Shown here: piece after piece, positions 63,605 through 64,000 of the stretch | Position numbering within the stretch: position 1 is the first letter of the stretch | Layout: each line of letters begins with the position of its first letter | NCBI RefSeq assembly: GCF_018350175.1 | Contig: NC_058368.1 | Coordinates: forward strand, 199,828,001-199,892,000 | Origin: Felis catus | Taxonomy: Eukaryota | Length of the DNA: 64,000 nucleotides | Reading direction: 5' to 3' | Program-made: the position numbers and the translations under genes | The notes under the pieces: model-generated | The model's input: only the letters and a program-made list of their open reading frames with translations | Database searches by the model: none | What the model was told of the DNA's origin: nothing

Positions 63605-64000
63605 AATATAAATCAGGCCTTAATTGAAAGAAAACTTTGAAGAAACAGCTTTTAGTGTTCCAGCTACTCAATGTGGCAGTCAAACCACTATGAACTTGTC
63701 TGCCCTGTGTCTCATCCCTAGGCTTCTGAGAAAAAAACTAATTCAGAGTAGGTGTCAATAACTAATACTAGCTCAAGTTTCTGTATTTGCTTGTCACAGG
63801 GAATGTCTCAATTCCTTAAGCTAGAGGGAAGACTGGAGGTAAAAGGAGGAAACTAACAGGGGCGATATTTACATATTTTAGAGACTGATGTAAACTCCTC
63901 AGATTGCTCCCTGTGGGTCCCTGCTGACACCTTGGGAATACAGAGCCTGCAAGAGTATACATATGTACAGAGTAAGGCGGTTTAAGACAGATTTTAAAAA

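Noticed and set aside
1..64000. CRISPR array, rRNA, intact endogenous retrovirus or other prokaryote-type system
   Set aside because: No regularly spaced repeat-spacer array, no rRNA-like sequence and no gag/pol/env ORFs; only solo LTRs and degraded MaLR internal sequence.

Overview
Mammalian genomic DNA from a cat-family (felid) genome, judged by the many SINEC_Fc-type tRNA-derived SINEs and carnivore-type L1 3' ends. The window holds the junction of the collagen-receptor integrin pair ITGA1-ITGA2, both on the minus strand. ITGA1 contributes its last two coding exons (transmembrane exon 62661-62777; GFFKR tail exon 57070-57114) and a probable ~6.6 kb 3' UTR ending near 50465. About 20 kb of repeat-rich intergenic DNA follows, then the ITGA2 CpG-island promoter, exon 1 (CDS 30174-30228), a 26.7 kb intron 1 and exon 2 (3375-3492). 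The most unexpected element is a processed pseudogene of the mitochondrial MICOS subunit MICOS13/QIL1 (~32603-33116), about 2.3 kb upstream of ITGA2. It is nested inside an L1 3' end, which is itself inside a Charlie1-type DNA transposon. Other observations are probable counterparts of known human ITGA2 regulatory elements, an out-of-frame strong-context ATG in ITGA2 exon 1, a head-to-head inverted SINE pair 30 bp apart in the last ITGA1 intron, and a templated insertion in an L1. I see no wholly new biological system. Gene calls rest on recalled human protein sequences and repeat family names on recognition by eye; no search was run.
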